64,000 nt of DNA. It comes from the human T2T-CHM13v2.0 reference genome, Homo sapiens. Below the pieces are notes generated by a model that had not been told where the DNA came from, did not search any database, and saw nothing but the letters and a program-made list of their open reading frames with translations. Positions within the stretch are counted from its first letter, which is position 1. Each line of letters begins with the position of its first letter. Of this stretch, positions 50,804 through 64,000 are shown one piece after another. Made by a program: the position numbers and the translations under genes. The DNA lies in assembly GCF_009914755.1 (NCBI RefSeq), contig NC_060936.1; one strand, written 5' to 3'.

Positions 50804-53800
50804 TTATTTTCCTTTCAATTGACACCCAGCAGTGATATTTCTGGCTTAAATTGTAGTTCTATTTTCAGCAGTTTGAAATATCTCCATACTGTTTTCACAA
50901 GAGGTTGAACTAATTTACATTCCCACCAACAGTGTATAAGCATTCTTTTTTCTCTACATTCATGACAACATCTATTGTTTTTTGACTTTTTAATAATGGC
51001 CACTCTGACTGCTATAAAATGATATCTCAGTGTGACTTAAATTTGCATTTCTCTCATGATTACTGATGATGAGCATTTTTTTCATATGTATGTATGTTAG
51101 TCGTCTTCTGAGAAGTATCTTGTCGTGTCCTTTGCCCAATTTTTAATGAAGTTATTTGCTTTTTCCTGGTGAGTTGTTTGAGTTTCTTGTAGATTCTAAA
51201 TATTAGTCCTTTGCCAAGAGGCCTAATTTGCAAATATTTTCTCTCAGTCTGTAGGTTGTCTTTTTTCACTTTTGATTATTTCTTTTGCTGTGGAGAAGCT
51301 CTTTTGTTTAATTGAGTCCCATTTGCCTATTTTTTATGGTTTTTAATTTGCTTTTGGTGTCTTTGTCATAAATTATTTGCCCAAGACAATGTATGGAAGA
51401 GTTTTTTCTAGGTTTTCTTCTAGAATTTTATAGTTTCAGTTCTTACATTTAGTTCTTTAATCAATCTTGAGGTAATTTTTGTATATGATGAGAGATACAG
51501 GTCAAGTTTCATTCTTCTGCATATGATTATCCAATTTTCCCATTATAATTTGTCAGATAGGGTGTCCTTTCCTCATTGTTAATTTTTGTTGACTTTGTTG
51601 AAGATCAGTTTGTTATAGGTACGTGGTCTTATTTCTGAGTTCTCTACTCTGTTCCATTGATCCATGTTTCTATTTTTATACCAGTTACCATGCTGTTTTA
51701 GTTAATATAACCTCATAGTATAATTTGAAGTAAGGCAATGTGATACCTCCAGATTTGTTCTTTTTGCATAGGATTGCTTTGACTAGTCAGGCTTTTTTTG
51801 TGGCAAATGAACTTTAGGATTATTTTTTCCAATTATGTGAAAAATGACACTGGTAATTTAATAGGATTTGTGTTAAATCTGTAGCTTGCTTTGAGCAATA
51901 TGGTTATTTTAACAGTACTGATTCTTCCAATCCATTAGCATGTGATGTTTTTTCATTTGTTTGTGTCATCTCTGATTTCTTTCATCAGTGTTTCATAGTT
52001 CTCCTCATAGAGATCTTTTATCTCCTTGATTAAATGTATTCCTTGGTATTTTATTTTCACTGTGGCTACTGTAAATGGGATAAAGTTCTTTATTTGGTGT
52101 ATAGTAATGATACTGATTTTGTACATTGATTTTGTATCCTGAAACTTTACTGAAGTTGTTTATAAAGTAGAGGAGTCTTTTGGAGGAGTGTTTAGGGTTT
52201 CTAGGTATATAATAATGTTATCAGCAAACAGACATCATTTGACTTCCTCTTTTCCAAGTTGAATGTCTTTAATTTCTTTCTCTTGCCTAGTTGTTCTGGT
52301 GAGTACTTATAGTACTATGCAGAATAGGAGTGATGAGAATGGACACTATTATCTTGTTCCAGTTCACAGGAGGAAGGCTTTCAGTTTTTGCTCATTCAGT
52401 ATGATATTGACTATGGGTTTGTCAGTCATGGCTGCTATTATTTTGAAGGATATTCCATTGATGCATAGTTTGTTGAGGGCTTTTATAATGAAGAAATATT
52501 GAATTTTATTGAATGCTTCTTCTGCATCTATTGAGATGATCATATGGTTTTTGTTCTTAGTTCTGTTTACATGGTGAATCCTGTTTATTGATTCATTTAT
52601 GTTGAAATATCCTTGCATCTCCACACTAAAGAAAACCCACTTGATCATGATGAATTATCTTTTTGATGTGCTATTGGATTTGATTTGCTAATATTTTGTT
52701 GAGCAACTTTGTATCTATGATCATTGGGATATTGGCTGCTTCTTTTCTCCTTTTTTAATGTTTTTGAATGATTTTCATATCAGAGTAATATAAGATTCAT
52801 AGAATGAGTTAAGGAGGAATGCCTGGTCCTCAATTTTTTGGAATAATTTTAGTACATGGATACCAGCTTGTTGTTGTACATCTGGTGGAATTCAGCTGTG
52901 AATCTGTCTGGTTCCGAGATTTCTTTGTTGTTGCTGGAAGCTTTTTTACTACTAATTTGATTTTATTACACATTATTGGTCTATTCAGAATTTCTATTTC
53001 TTTCTGGTTCAATCTTGGGAGGCTGTATATATCCAGAATTTTATTAATTTTCTCTAGGTTTTCTAGTTTGTACATATAGAGGTGTTCATAGTAGACTCTG
53101 ATAATACTATAAATTACTGTTGTGTCAGCTGTTATGTCACCTTCATCATTTCTGATTGTACTTATTTGAATTGTCTTTTTCTTTTGATTAATCTTGCTGG
53201 TGGTCTGTCAACTGTGTTTATCCTTTTTGGAGAAACAACTTTTTGTTTTATTGATCCTTTGTGGCTTTTCATCTCAATCTCCTTTAGTTCTGCTATATTT
53301 GTTATCTCTTTTCTTTTGCTAGCTTTGGACTTGGTTTATTTTTGTTTTTGTATGTCTTTGAGACGTGACATTAGATGGTTAACTTGAGACTTTTGTATCT
53401 TTTTTATGTAGACATTTAATGCTATAAACTTCTTTTAGCATTGTTTTTGCTGTATTCCAGTGGTTTGGTATACTGTGTCTCTACTTTCATTAGTTTTAAA
53501 TAATTTTTTAATTCTTTTCTCATATTATTTGAGTTGGTGAAAAAATAGTATTTTAAATCCTGCCTTAATTTTATTGTTTAATTATCAGTCATTCTGGAGC
53601 AAGTTGTTTAGTTTCCATGTATCAGTGTAGTTTTTAGAGTTCCTCTTGGTATTGATTTCTAATTTTATTCCATTGTGGTCCAAGAAGATACTTAATATGA
53701 TTTTTATCTTGTAAAATGTATTCAGACTTGCTTTATAGCCACATATATGGTCAAATTTGAAGAATATTCAATCAACATATGAGAAGAATCTATATTTTGC

Positions 53801-54302
53801 AATTGTTGAGTAGAAAGTTCTGTAAATGTCTATGAGCTCCATTTGGTCTAAATTCCAATTTATGTCAAGGTTTTTTGTTTGTTTATTCTCTGCCTCAGTC
53901 ATCTTTGTAGTAATATTAGTGGAATATTAAAGTTCCCTACTATTATTGTATTTCCATCAGTCTGTTTTCTAGGTCTAGCAGTATTTTTTTTTTTTTTATG
54001 AATCTGGGTGCTTCAGTGATGAGTGCATATATATATATATGATAGTTAAATCTTCTTCTTGTATTAAGAGGCTTATTATTATATATTGTTCTTTTTCTGT
54101 TCTTACTGTTGTTTAAGGTTTGTTTATATGATAATGGCTACCTCTCTTCTCTTCTGTTTTTCAATTGTGTAATGTATCATTTTGGACTCTTTTGAGTGTG
54201 AGGTGTTATTAGCCAATAGATGTGTCTCTGTAGGCAACTGGTGGTTGGGTATTATTTGAATCAAATTTTCCACTGTGTATCTTTCAAGTGGATCATTTAG
54301 GC

Positions 54303-54492
54303 CAGGGATGCCCAATCATTTGGCTTCCCTTGGCCAAAATGGAAGAAAAATAGTTGTCTTAGGCCACACATTAAAATATACTAACACTAATGATAGCTGA
54401 TGACCTAAAAATTGCAAAAAAAAAAAAAAAAAAAATCTCGTGTTTTAAAAAAGTTTACAAATTTGTGTTAGGCTGCAGGTTAAACAAGCTTG
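54303..54492 (+). mobile_element. MER30 (hAT-Charlie non-autonomous DNA transposon)
   Basis: CAGGG..CCAATC..TTGGCTTCCC start, ACTAACACTAATGATAGCTGATGA core, ACAAGCTTG end; 8-bp TSD ATTTAGGC/ATTTGGGC. Confidence 0.9.
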
Positions 54493-57434
54493 ATTTGGGC
54501 CATCTCTATTCAAGGTTAATATTGTTATGTGGGGTTTAGTTCCTGTTACATTGTTGTTAGCTAGGTGTTTTGGAGTGTTAATTGGGTAATTGCTTTATAA
54601 GATCTAAGAGTTTTGTACTTAATGTGTCCTTTTATGATGATGAGCATCATCCTTCAATTTCCATTGTTGAACTTCTTTAATCATTTCTTGTAGGTTCAGT
54701 CTATTGGTGACAAATTCCGTCAGAATTTACTTGTCTGGAAAATACTTGATTTCTCCTTCATTTATGCAGCTTATTTTGGCACGATATGAACTTCTTGGCC
54801 AGCATCTTTTTTTCTTAACGGAGGATAAAAATAGGCCCTCAATCTTTCCTGGCTTGTATGTTTTCTGCTGAAAAGTTTGTTGTTTGATGAGTTTTTTTCT
54901 TTAGTGATTTAACCCTTTTCTTCAGCTGCCTTTCAGATTTTTATTTTTATTTGTTTTGCATTTACCTTGGACGGTCTGGTGACTGTATACTTTGATGATG
55001 TTCATCTTGTATAGTGTGAAATTATAGTTAATTATTCTCTCAAATATGTTTTCCAGGTTGCTTGTTTTTTCTTCTTCTTTCTCTGGAATGCCTGTAAGTT
55101 GTAGGTTTTATCATTTTACATAGTAAATCTCATATTTCTCAAAGGCTTTGTGCATTTTTTTAAAAATTCTTTTTTCTTTATTTTTGTCTGACTGGATTAA
55201 TTCAAAAGACCAGCTTTCGAGCTCTGAAATTCTTTCTCTTTTTTTTGGTCCAGTCTATTATGCTGTATTTTGAAATTCCTTAAGTAATTATTTATTTCCG
55301 AAAGTCTTTTTTTCCCCTAAGATACATACCTCTTCCCTCTTCCTTTATTTCCTGGGTTGCTTTTGTGTTGATTTTCAACCTTCCCTTGGATCTCATTGAG
55401 CTTCATTGCAATCCATACTTTTAATTCTTCATATGCTATTTCTGAGTTCTCATTTTGGTCCTTTGCTAAAGAGCTAGTGTGATCCTTTGGTGATTTCACA
55501 ACATTCAGATTTGTCAAGGTACCTGCATTTTTATGTTTCCTGAACATCTGGAGAAACTGACACTTCTTATTTTGAATTTATTTTCATTCATATGGGATTT
55601 TCTTTTCTCTGTTATTTCCCACCTTGAGACTGTGACTGTAGAATATGTTGGGTAGGGCCTTTTGGTTTTGCTTCTATAGCCCTGTACACTTTTGTTGGGA
55701 GGTTTTATATTGGTCAGTGCAGTGTAGTCTGAAGGCCAGTGTGTAGTGCTTATGGATATGAACCAGCTGTGGCACAAGAAGATGGCTGTGTACTTGATCT
55801 TTGTTTACTGTGAGGCATTCTCTGTTTCAAATGATGGGCTGGACAATGGAGTGCTTGTTGACCTGAGCTTCCTATTCAGCAAAGAAGTATGGGAGACAGC
55901 TGGGCAGTGCTGGACCCCGTGACTTCCCTATTAATACCCCAGTGATGAGAACAGACACCAACCCTGATGGGGGTGACTAGGGGATCTCCTAATGAAATGC
56001 ACCACGTTCTCTGAGGGAGTGAGGGGGCTGAACCAGCTCCATGTCCTAGATAGTCAGGAACACAATTTATTTCTCTATCACATCTCTGTTCTGGGGCTCA
56101 TGACTCTCAGTCCATGTGCAATTATTTTCTGTCTCAAGGCCATAGTGTAGCTGAGAGCCATGGAAAGCACCTGTCCCATGGCTTTCCATACGAGTGATTC
56201 TGAGGAAGAACCCCTTTACTCAGGGCAACACATATAACTTTATGGCTCACCTATTTTCTAATGTGGTAATGCTACTGCTTTGTTTAGAGAGGGGAAGGGC
56301 TCTGCTGTTTGGCTCATGCAGGTGTGTGTCAGATGTCATGGTGTTAGCTGGTGAAGTTGGCCCGATCTCAGTACTCAGGGGAGCAGGCTGGTGCCAGCAG
56401 TGTTGACTAGGCTAGATAATTCCCCAGTCCCAGGCCCCAGATGGCCCACTGGATGGGATGTGAGTTCTGAAGGGGCTGGAACAGGATTGAGCCAGCACAG
56501 CGTTCAGGTTCTGGTTGTGATGGAGAGGGGCAGGGTGGTCATCCCTGGGTCACCAGCAGAACTCTCAAGTTGGGGTAAGCAGAGCACTCAGGCAGTGGGA
56601 ACCCAAAGGCAGATCACAGGCCTGGGATCTCTGATAGGTTCCAGGCTGCAGCCGAAATAGTCTGGTGGGAGCCATGTGACTGTGAGTCTTTTACAAGCGA
56701 GGGCAGGCCTTCTCAGCTGGGGCAATGGAGAGTGGCAGCTGTGAGGCGTGTGGTCTGCTCACATTCCCCTCCCACAGAAGTGGTGCTTGATTTCACTGTT
56801 GGGGACATGTAAAAGTGTCCAGCCTTTCTGCTCCTTCCTTGACCTGGGGCTAGCAGGGGGGAAGGCAGCAGTGGTGATGACAACTAATACAGCAGGTAGA
56901 GCAGAAACACTTATTGGTGGTCTCTAAAGGTTGGGCTCTTAGAGGTACTCTGTGTTCAGGCAGGGGTAGGGAGGCTCCAAGGTGCCTGTCATTGATGCAA
57001 GCAAGTCCATTTGGTGGGGAGCAGTGGAGGCAAGGAGTCATGTGGTATTTAGTTTGCCTGCTCCTCTATTTGGAGGTTGTGGTATCTCTCTTGGGGGGTG
57101 TATGAAAGTGCCCAGCCTCTCTGCTCCCTACCTGGGCCACGGACAGCAGGAGTGGGTGCGCAGCAACTGTTGTGAGAGTGGAAAGACTCTAAGGCTCTTA
57201 GGTAACCTCTGGGAGTTGGTACCATAGATGAATGCTGAACTGAAACTATAGTAGAACCACAGAATTCAAAGGATTCCTCCAGGCTTTCAGGGGTAAATTA
57301 CAATTTGGTCTCCTAAGGACTCAAAGCAAGAAAAGTAAATGAAAATAAATGAAAAAGAGAATAAAACAATGACAAGATTATGTATACGTCTCAGCTAAAA
57401 AGAGATAAATAGAATAAGTGCATGAACAAGGGAG

Positions 57435-58373
57435 GTCACCTCTTTAAACAAGTTTATTTCAACATATTTTATTCTTTTGGTTTCTGTTGGGATTAGAATT
57501 CTTTTATTATTCCTCTTCAGGTAGTTCATTGCTTGTGTATAGAAAGAAGACTGAATTCTGTACTCTGCAAATTTATTGAATTTATTTGTTCTAACAGATT
57601 TTTGTTTAGTCTTCAGGGTTTTCTACATATAAGACCACGTCATTTGCATGCAGAGATAATTTTTGCTTCTTCTCTTCTGATTTGGAAGCCTTTGTTTTTT
57701 ATTTTTTGTCTAATTGCTCTGAATATGACTTCTAGTATTATGTTGAAGGCAAGTGGCAAGGGTGATCATCCTTACCTTGTACCAGATTGTAAAGAAAAAG
57801 CTTTTTGTTTTTCCTCATTGATTGTAATGTAAGCTGTAGGCTGTTCATAGATGGCCTTTTTTATATTGAAGTAACTAACTTCAATGCCTATCTTGCTGAC
57901 ACTTTTTATTATAAATGAATGCAGAATTATCTCAACTGTTTTTCTTCATCAATTAAGGGCACTGAAAATTATAAAACATTGATGAGAGAAATTAAAGAAG
58001 AATCAGATGAATAAAAATATATCCATGTTCCTGAATGGAAAGACTTAATATTGTTGAAATGTCCAGAATACTCAAAGTGATCCACAGTTTTAATACAGTC
58101 CCTATAAAAATCCCTGTGGCATTCTTTACAAAAAGTAGGAAAAAAATTCTAAAAGTAATATGGATCTAAAAAAGACCCTGAATAGCCAAATCAATTTTGA
58201 GCAAGAAGAACAAAGCTGAAGGCATCACCTTTCCTGATTTCAAAACATATTACAAAGCTACGATAATAAAATTAATATGGTACTGGTATGAAAACAAATA
58301 TAGATAAATAGAAACAAAATAGCCTAGAAATAAATCCACATATCTATAGTCAACTGATCTTTGACAAAGGTGC
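57435..58373. mobile_element. L1M(A) fragment with 5' inversion (minus 57435-57957, plus 57961-58373)
   Basis: Adjacent ORF2 RT-region segments lie in opposite orientation. Confidence 0.75.
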
Positions 58374-58399
58374 AACCTGCCCTAACAGGAAATGAAAGG

Positions 58400-59093
58400 G
58401 AGTTGAACATGGGTGTTTACATTGTGACTTTCACAGGTTACTTCTTTTACCTGGAAGACAGTCTAATGTCTAGTTGTCCAACCCAAAACCAGGGGTACCC
58501 TCACATGGAAAACTTGTTTATGCTGGCAGATGCACTCGTAGCTCTTGTCTGACCCATGGCCCACTGGACTATTGCTCTGGTTATGGGAACCTGGCCTTAT
58601 GTTTTCCTGGTGTCCTGGAGAAACCACCCTATAGCAGCCTCTCATTCTTCAGATGGAAGCCACACATTCAATACACCACAACAGAAAACACGTTCAAAGA
58701 TTTTTACCTACAGAAAATGAGCAAGGAGTATATAATGAGTAGGGAGGTCATACAAAACAGCAACAAAGAATCAGGCAGACAGAGAGAGAAAGGGAGAGAG
58801 AGAACATGGCAACTAACAGTATATATAAGGGAGTAAGATGTGGGCCAGTTTAAGTTCACAGGCAAATATCTGAATTGTTCCTCTAAAAAAGCTGCAGGAA
58901 AGCAGGGAGTTCAGTCTTGGTGGAAGAGCTACCTCTAAATTATTATCTCTGGACACCAGCTTGAATCATTTAGGTGTGGAATAAAACGGTAAACTGTGTC
59001 AAGGATGACTGAATCTTACTTCGGGTATGAGAAAGTTAAACTTGTATTCAAAATGGATACCAAAGCAACACGAAATTATGAGAATGTACTACA
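58400..59093 (-). mobile_element. ERVL-class solo LTR (MER54/73/74-like)
   Basis: Minus-strand terminus TGTAGTACATTCTCATAATTTCGTGTTGCTTTGGTATCCATTTTGAATACAAG; the left boundary is approximate. Confidence 0.6.
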
Positions 59094-60229
59094 GAGGCTT
59101 ACAGGTGAAAATTTTCAAGGAGAGATAGAATTGTTTTGATAAATGGTTGAAGTAGAATAAAGATTGAAATACTTGAAGTTATGAAGTGTTTAAGATACAA
59201 ACAATTAGGCCAAGGTATCAAAAACGTATCAACTTTGCTATAGGGGTTTTGCGAGGAATAATAACAAGACTAATAAGTCCATTTATTAAATACCTACTCT
59301 CCATGCCAGCCTTTAGACCACGTGCTTTGGGTAACTCCTGTAATCTTTTTAAGTTCACTATAAATAGTTAACTACTTGTTGGAAAGAACAGCAAAGTCAC
59401 ATTGCAAAGAACATCAACATAAAGGCAATTGATCACAGCCATCAATGCAAATAATCGATCATAGTATATTAGGTAATTATCACAGTTAAAATTCAATCCT
59501 GATCAGCCTGGCCTTAATACCAATTTGCATTCTCTCTCATTATTGGTAATGAATGAGTGAAGAGGATGACTGTTACTCAAGATTTGAATCACCAACAATA
59601 GGATAGTAGCCTATCTGTTGATGAACCACAGCAATGGTTATTGGGGAAGGGTAGTATAAGCAAATGACGTGGACTTCAGTAGAGAATATAAAACACCGAC
59701 TCTTATATTTCCCAGTAACAAGAAATATATGACAAAAAAGCCACACTTTCTGGGAATTCGTGCCTCCAAAGTGGACAACAAGGTCAAGGAAAAGACAAGT
59801 TTAAGTGAAAGAATGGAAATGTAAGGTAAATGCTGAGAATTTGGTCGTGAAATTTTGTTCTCAGTCTGAAAATCATAGAACTCATGGAGGGATGAACAAA
59901 GGAAATGGACTGACATTAATGAAGAATGGAAACAGTATAAGCATTCTATTCAAACAATATATAGATGATAAAATTGCGTTCAAATGGACCATCCAAATAT
60001 AAATAAAATATGAAAAGGGACATAGGAACTAAAGGGTGAATGAATGGAAGAGGAAATATGAGTAACAAAATCTTGGACAAATAGTAATTGAACAGTCAAA
60101 GAAATCAAAGAAACAATTTGATCTATTTGTTGAACACCAGAAATGTAATTGTGTAGAGTTACAAATAGTTCAATATAAAACACCAACAACAAACCCACAG
60201 TGAGGGGAGAATCAGAAGAATACTTAAGT

Positions 60230-63200
60230 TCTTGAACTCTACTTGAAGTGGTACAATATTATTGAAGATAGATTGTGATACCTTAAAGATGTATACTGGA
60301 AACTCAGAATAAATCAATAATAAAATAAGAATTATAGCTAATAAACCAACAAAGAAATAAAATGGAATTCTAAAAAAATGTTTAGTTAATGGAAAATACA
60401 GAAAAAGAAAAAAAAAGAAACAAAAAGGAAAAGGGATATATTAAAAACTAATGGAAGATGATAGGTACAAATCCAACCATCTGTAAAAGATTAAATACAA
60501 ATAAAATGCAGATATGAACTAAAAGGCAAAGATTGTCAGATTAGGTTTTTAGGAAATAAGCCTGAAATAAAATCTCGTTACTAAAATCACATAATAAATG
60601 TAAAGGCATGAGTAGGTTAAAACAGAGGGGGAAAAGTTATATTATATTAACACTAATGAAAGAAGAATGGACAGGACATATGAATATTGAACCAGTAGAT
60701 TTTAAAGCACAAGATATTATCAGAATTTTTGAAACGTTATTTCATAATATTGAGGTCAGCTAAAAATAACAATCCTAGATATGAATGCACTAATAACACA
60801 GCTTAACATACATGAAATGAAAACTGAGAGAAACAGAAGGGGAAATAGACATATCCACAATTATTCCCACAGATTTTCCATCAATAATTGATATAAAAGA
60901 AGATATAAAATCAAAACATATAGAAAATATGAGCATCACTACTTACCAACTTAATCTACACAACATTCATAAAATACTGCAACCAACTGAAGCAAAAAAA
61001 ATGACAAAAATATTTGCCAAGACAGACCATATTTTGGCTCACCAAATTAGTATCTACAAGTTTGAATAGTTTCAAATCATGCACTGTATGTTCTCTGACC
61101 ACAATGGAATTAAATTATAAATCAACAGCTGAAAGATATCTAAAGCTCCTCTCTCCAAAAAAATTAAATAACACATTTCTAAATAGTCTATAGGTCAAAA
61201 AATAAGCAAAAGCAATACATGTATTTGAACAGAGTAAAAATGAAAACACAGCATATGAAAATTTGTGGGAAGCAGCTAAAATAGTATTTAGAGGAAATTT
61301 ATAGCAATATACACTACATTTGAGAAAAATAAAGTCATCAAGTCAATAATATTATGTTTCTCACTAAAAAACTAGAAAAACAAAACAAACAAATTAAACA
61401 CGAAGGAATCAGGAAAATAAATCACAACTGTAAGTGAAGAAATCAATAGAAACAGAAAATCAATAGGGAAAACCACTGAAAACAAATGCTGATTATTTTA
61501 TATCAAGAAAGTTGATAAATCTTTAACCCAACTACGAAGAAAAAACATATGATAAAATACACAACTTACCAATATTAGTAATGAGATACTTCTATGTCAC
61601 ATTCTGCAGATAAAGACTTGTGAAGAAATATTGTTATAAAATTATTTTAAGAAATTCAGCCTACATGAATTGGAAGAATTTCTTGAAAGACACAAACTAC
61701 CAAAACAGAATGATAAAATATAGAAAAAAATTAATCATTGTAAATCTATTTTTTAAATTGTATTTGTACTTAGAAACCTCCCTTCATCAAGAATAGTAAC
61801 AAAAACAAAAAGGTGCCAAGATGAATTCATTCTTGATTCTAATATTTAAGGAAGAAGTAAAAATAACTTTATACAACTACTTCCAGAGCATTAAAGTGGG
61901 ATTGTACTTTCTAGCTCGTTATATGATGTTGACACTATCCTTATTCCAAAAACAGATACAGAAATTAAAAGAAAACTATATGTCAGTATTCTCCATGAAC
62001 ATAGATAAAAATATTCTTTAAAATATTAATAATTAAGCAATATATGAAAATGATAATACATCCCTAGTAAGGTTTCTTGCAGAAATATAAATGTGCTTAA
62101 ACATTCAAAAATTAATATAATCATATTCATAGACTAAAAAAGATAAACCACATTATCATCTCAATAGATACAAAAAGCATTTGAGAAAATACAGCGTTGA
62201 TTCTTATAAAAACTCTCAGCACATTAGGAAGAGAAGGGAACTACCTTAACCTTATGAAAGCATCCACAAAAAATTTCCACTGTGAACATTACACTAAAAT
62301 GTTGAAAGACTGCTTTCAGTCTGACACCAGCAACCAGGCAAGTATGTCTACCTTCACTACTTCTATGCAGCATTGTATGGGAGATCCTAGCCACTCCAGT
62401 AAGACAAGAAATAAAAGACATATAGATTGGAAAGAAAATATAAAATTAACTTTATTTGCAGATAATATGATTCACTAGGTAGTCACTCTGAAGGAATTTA
62501 TTGGAAAAGCCACAAATAACCTTATGAGTAAGTTTTGCAAATATGAGAAAAATTTAAAAATCAATTTAATTTCTATATAGCAACAAAAGTTGAAAATTGA
62601 AATAATACCATATGGCATTTCATCGTAGGAAATATTCAGGCATGGACTTGAAAAAATGTATAAGAGATAAATAGAGCGGAGTGAGAACTTATAAAATATG
62701 CTGAGAAATTAAAAAAGGCACAAATAAATATTATAATAAATACTGTTTTGGGGAGGTTAGGAAACTCAGAATTGCTAAGAGGTCAATATTCACAAATATT
62801 CTCCATAGACTTAATGAAATTCCAGTCAAAACCCTCGGTCTTTTTCTACATATTTTCTATATGTGGGCAAGCTAGTTCTAAAGTTTCTATGCAAACGTAA
62901 AGGATTTGGAATAAACAAAATAAATGTGAAAAACAAGAACAAAGCTTGATTATATATACTACTTAATTTCATGCCCTACCTATTAAAGTCTTTAGTAATC
63001 AAGACAATTGTATTAGTCTGTTTTCAAACTGCTGATAAAGACATACCTGAAACTGGGTAATTTGTAAGAAAAAGAGGGCAATGGACTCACAGTTCCACGT
63101 GGCTGGGGAGGCCTCAAAATCACGGCGGAAGGTGAAAGGCATGTCTCACATCGCAGCAGTCAAGAGAGAGAATGAGAACCTAGAAAAAAGGGTTTTCCCT

Positions 63201-64000
63201 TGTAAAACCATCAGATCTCAGGAGACTTATTCACCACCATGAGAACAATATAGGGGAAACCACCTCCATGAATTAATTATCTCCAACCTGGTCCTTCCCA
63301 CAACACGTGGAGATTATGGGAGCTACAATTCAAGGTAAATTTTGGATGGAGACACAGTCAAACCGTATCAATGACGTAGTACAGAATGGGTATGCATAAA
63401 TGGTCAGGCAAATAATTTCTGACAAGATGTCAAGGCAATTTTATGGAGAAAAGGATGATTACTTAAACAAATGTGGCTAGAACAACTGAATAAGCAAATG
63501 CAAAAAAAAAAAAGTTCAAGCATTACCTCACACTATATACAAAAGTAAACACAAATAGTTATAAACATATGTGTGCAGACTAAAATTATAGAGCTTCTAG
63601 AAGTAAATCATAGAAACCATAGGTTTTGCAAAAATGTCTTAAATATAATGAAAATCACGTACTAAAATAATCAATATACTGAGTCTCCCAGTATAAATTA
63701 AAAACTCTTCCACTTCAAAAGATGCTGCTAATTAATGAAAAAACAAGCCATAATACAAGGAGAAAATATATGCAAAACTTTATTTCATAAAGAACACTTC
63801 ACCAATGAAGACATACAGATGTCAAATATCCATAGGAAATGATGCTCAAAATAATTGGCTATTAGACAAAGGCAAAAGAAAGCTAGAATAATATACCATT
63901 ATATATCCACTGGAATAACTCAAGTGTTAAAACTTGGAAGGCAGTTTGTCAATTTCTTAAATAGTCACATATACACTTACTATATGACCTTGCCTTTTCA
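60230..64000 (+). mobile_element. Ancient L1M ORF2 (EN, RT and C-terminal remnants), interrupted by a THE1 LTR and running off the window
   Basis: TGTTCTCTGACCACAATGGAATTAAATT (SDH motif); KLTLFADNMI RT motif in ORF 62197-62478. Confidence 0.85.
63009..63370 (-). mobile_element. THE1B-like solo LTR
   Basis: TGTATTAGTCTGTTTTCA..GCTGATAAAGACATACC start, AAACCGTATCA end, 362 bp; TSD not evident. Confidence 0.9.

Overview
AT-rich, repeat-dense primate (human/great-ape-type) genomic DNA. I recognise no cellular protein-coding gene, RNA gene or CRISPR-type locus; it reads as intergenic or deep intronic sequence. About three quarters is transposon-derived. LINE-1 content: a near full-length, retrotransposition-dead L1PA2-like copy (1-5807) with an intact antisense ORF0; an internally deleted L1PA7/8-like copy; a full-length L1PA7-like copy nested in an older L1PA16/17-like copy; and several ancient L1M copies. 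LTR content: a two-LTR THE1D/MSTA MaLR provirus, solo MaLR LTRs and an ancient LTR33/ERVL provirus remnant. Also present are Alus, MIR/L2 fragments and a MER30 DNA transposon. Most long ORFs in the track are L1/MaLR fragments; the remainder look like chance ORFs. I found no evidence for a new biological system. The most notable signals are DNA-repair or template-switch scars (including a 43-bp in-cis templated insertion), the intact ORF0, multi-layer nesting, a probable twin-priming inversion and a perfect 16-bp hairpin in non-repetitive sequence. Subfamily names come from recalled consensus sequences and need RepeatMasker/Dfam confirmation.
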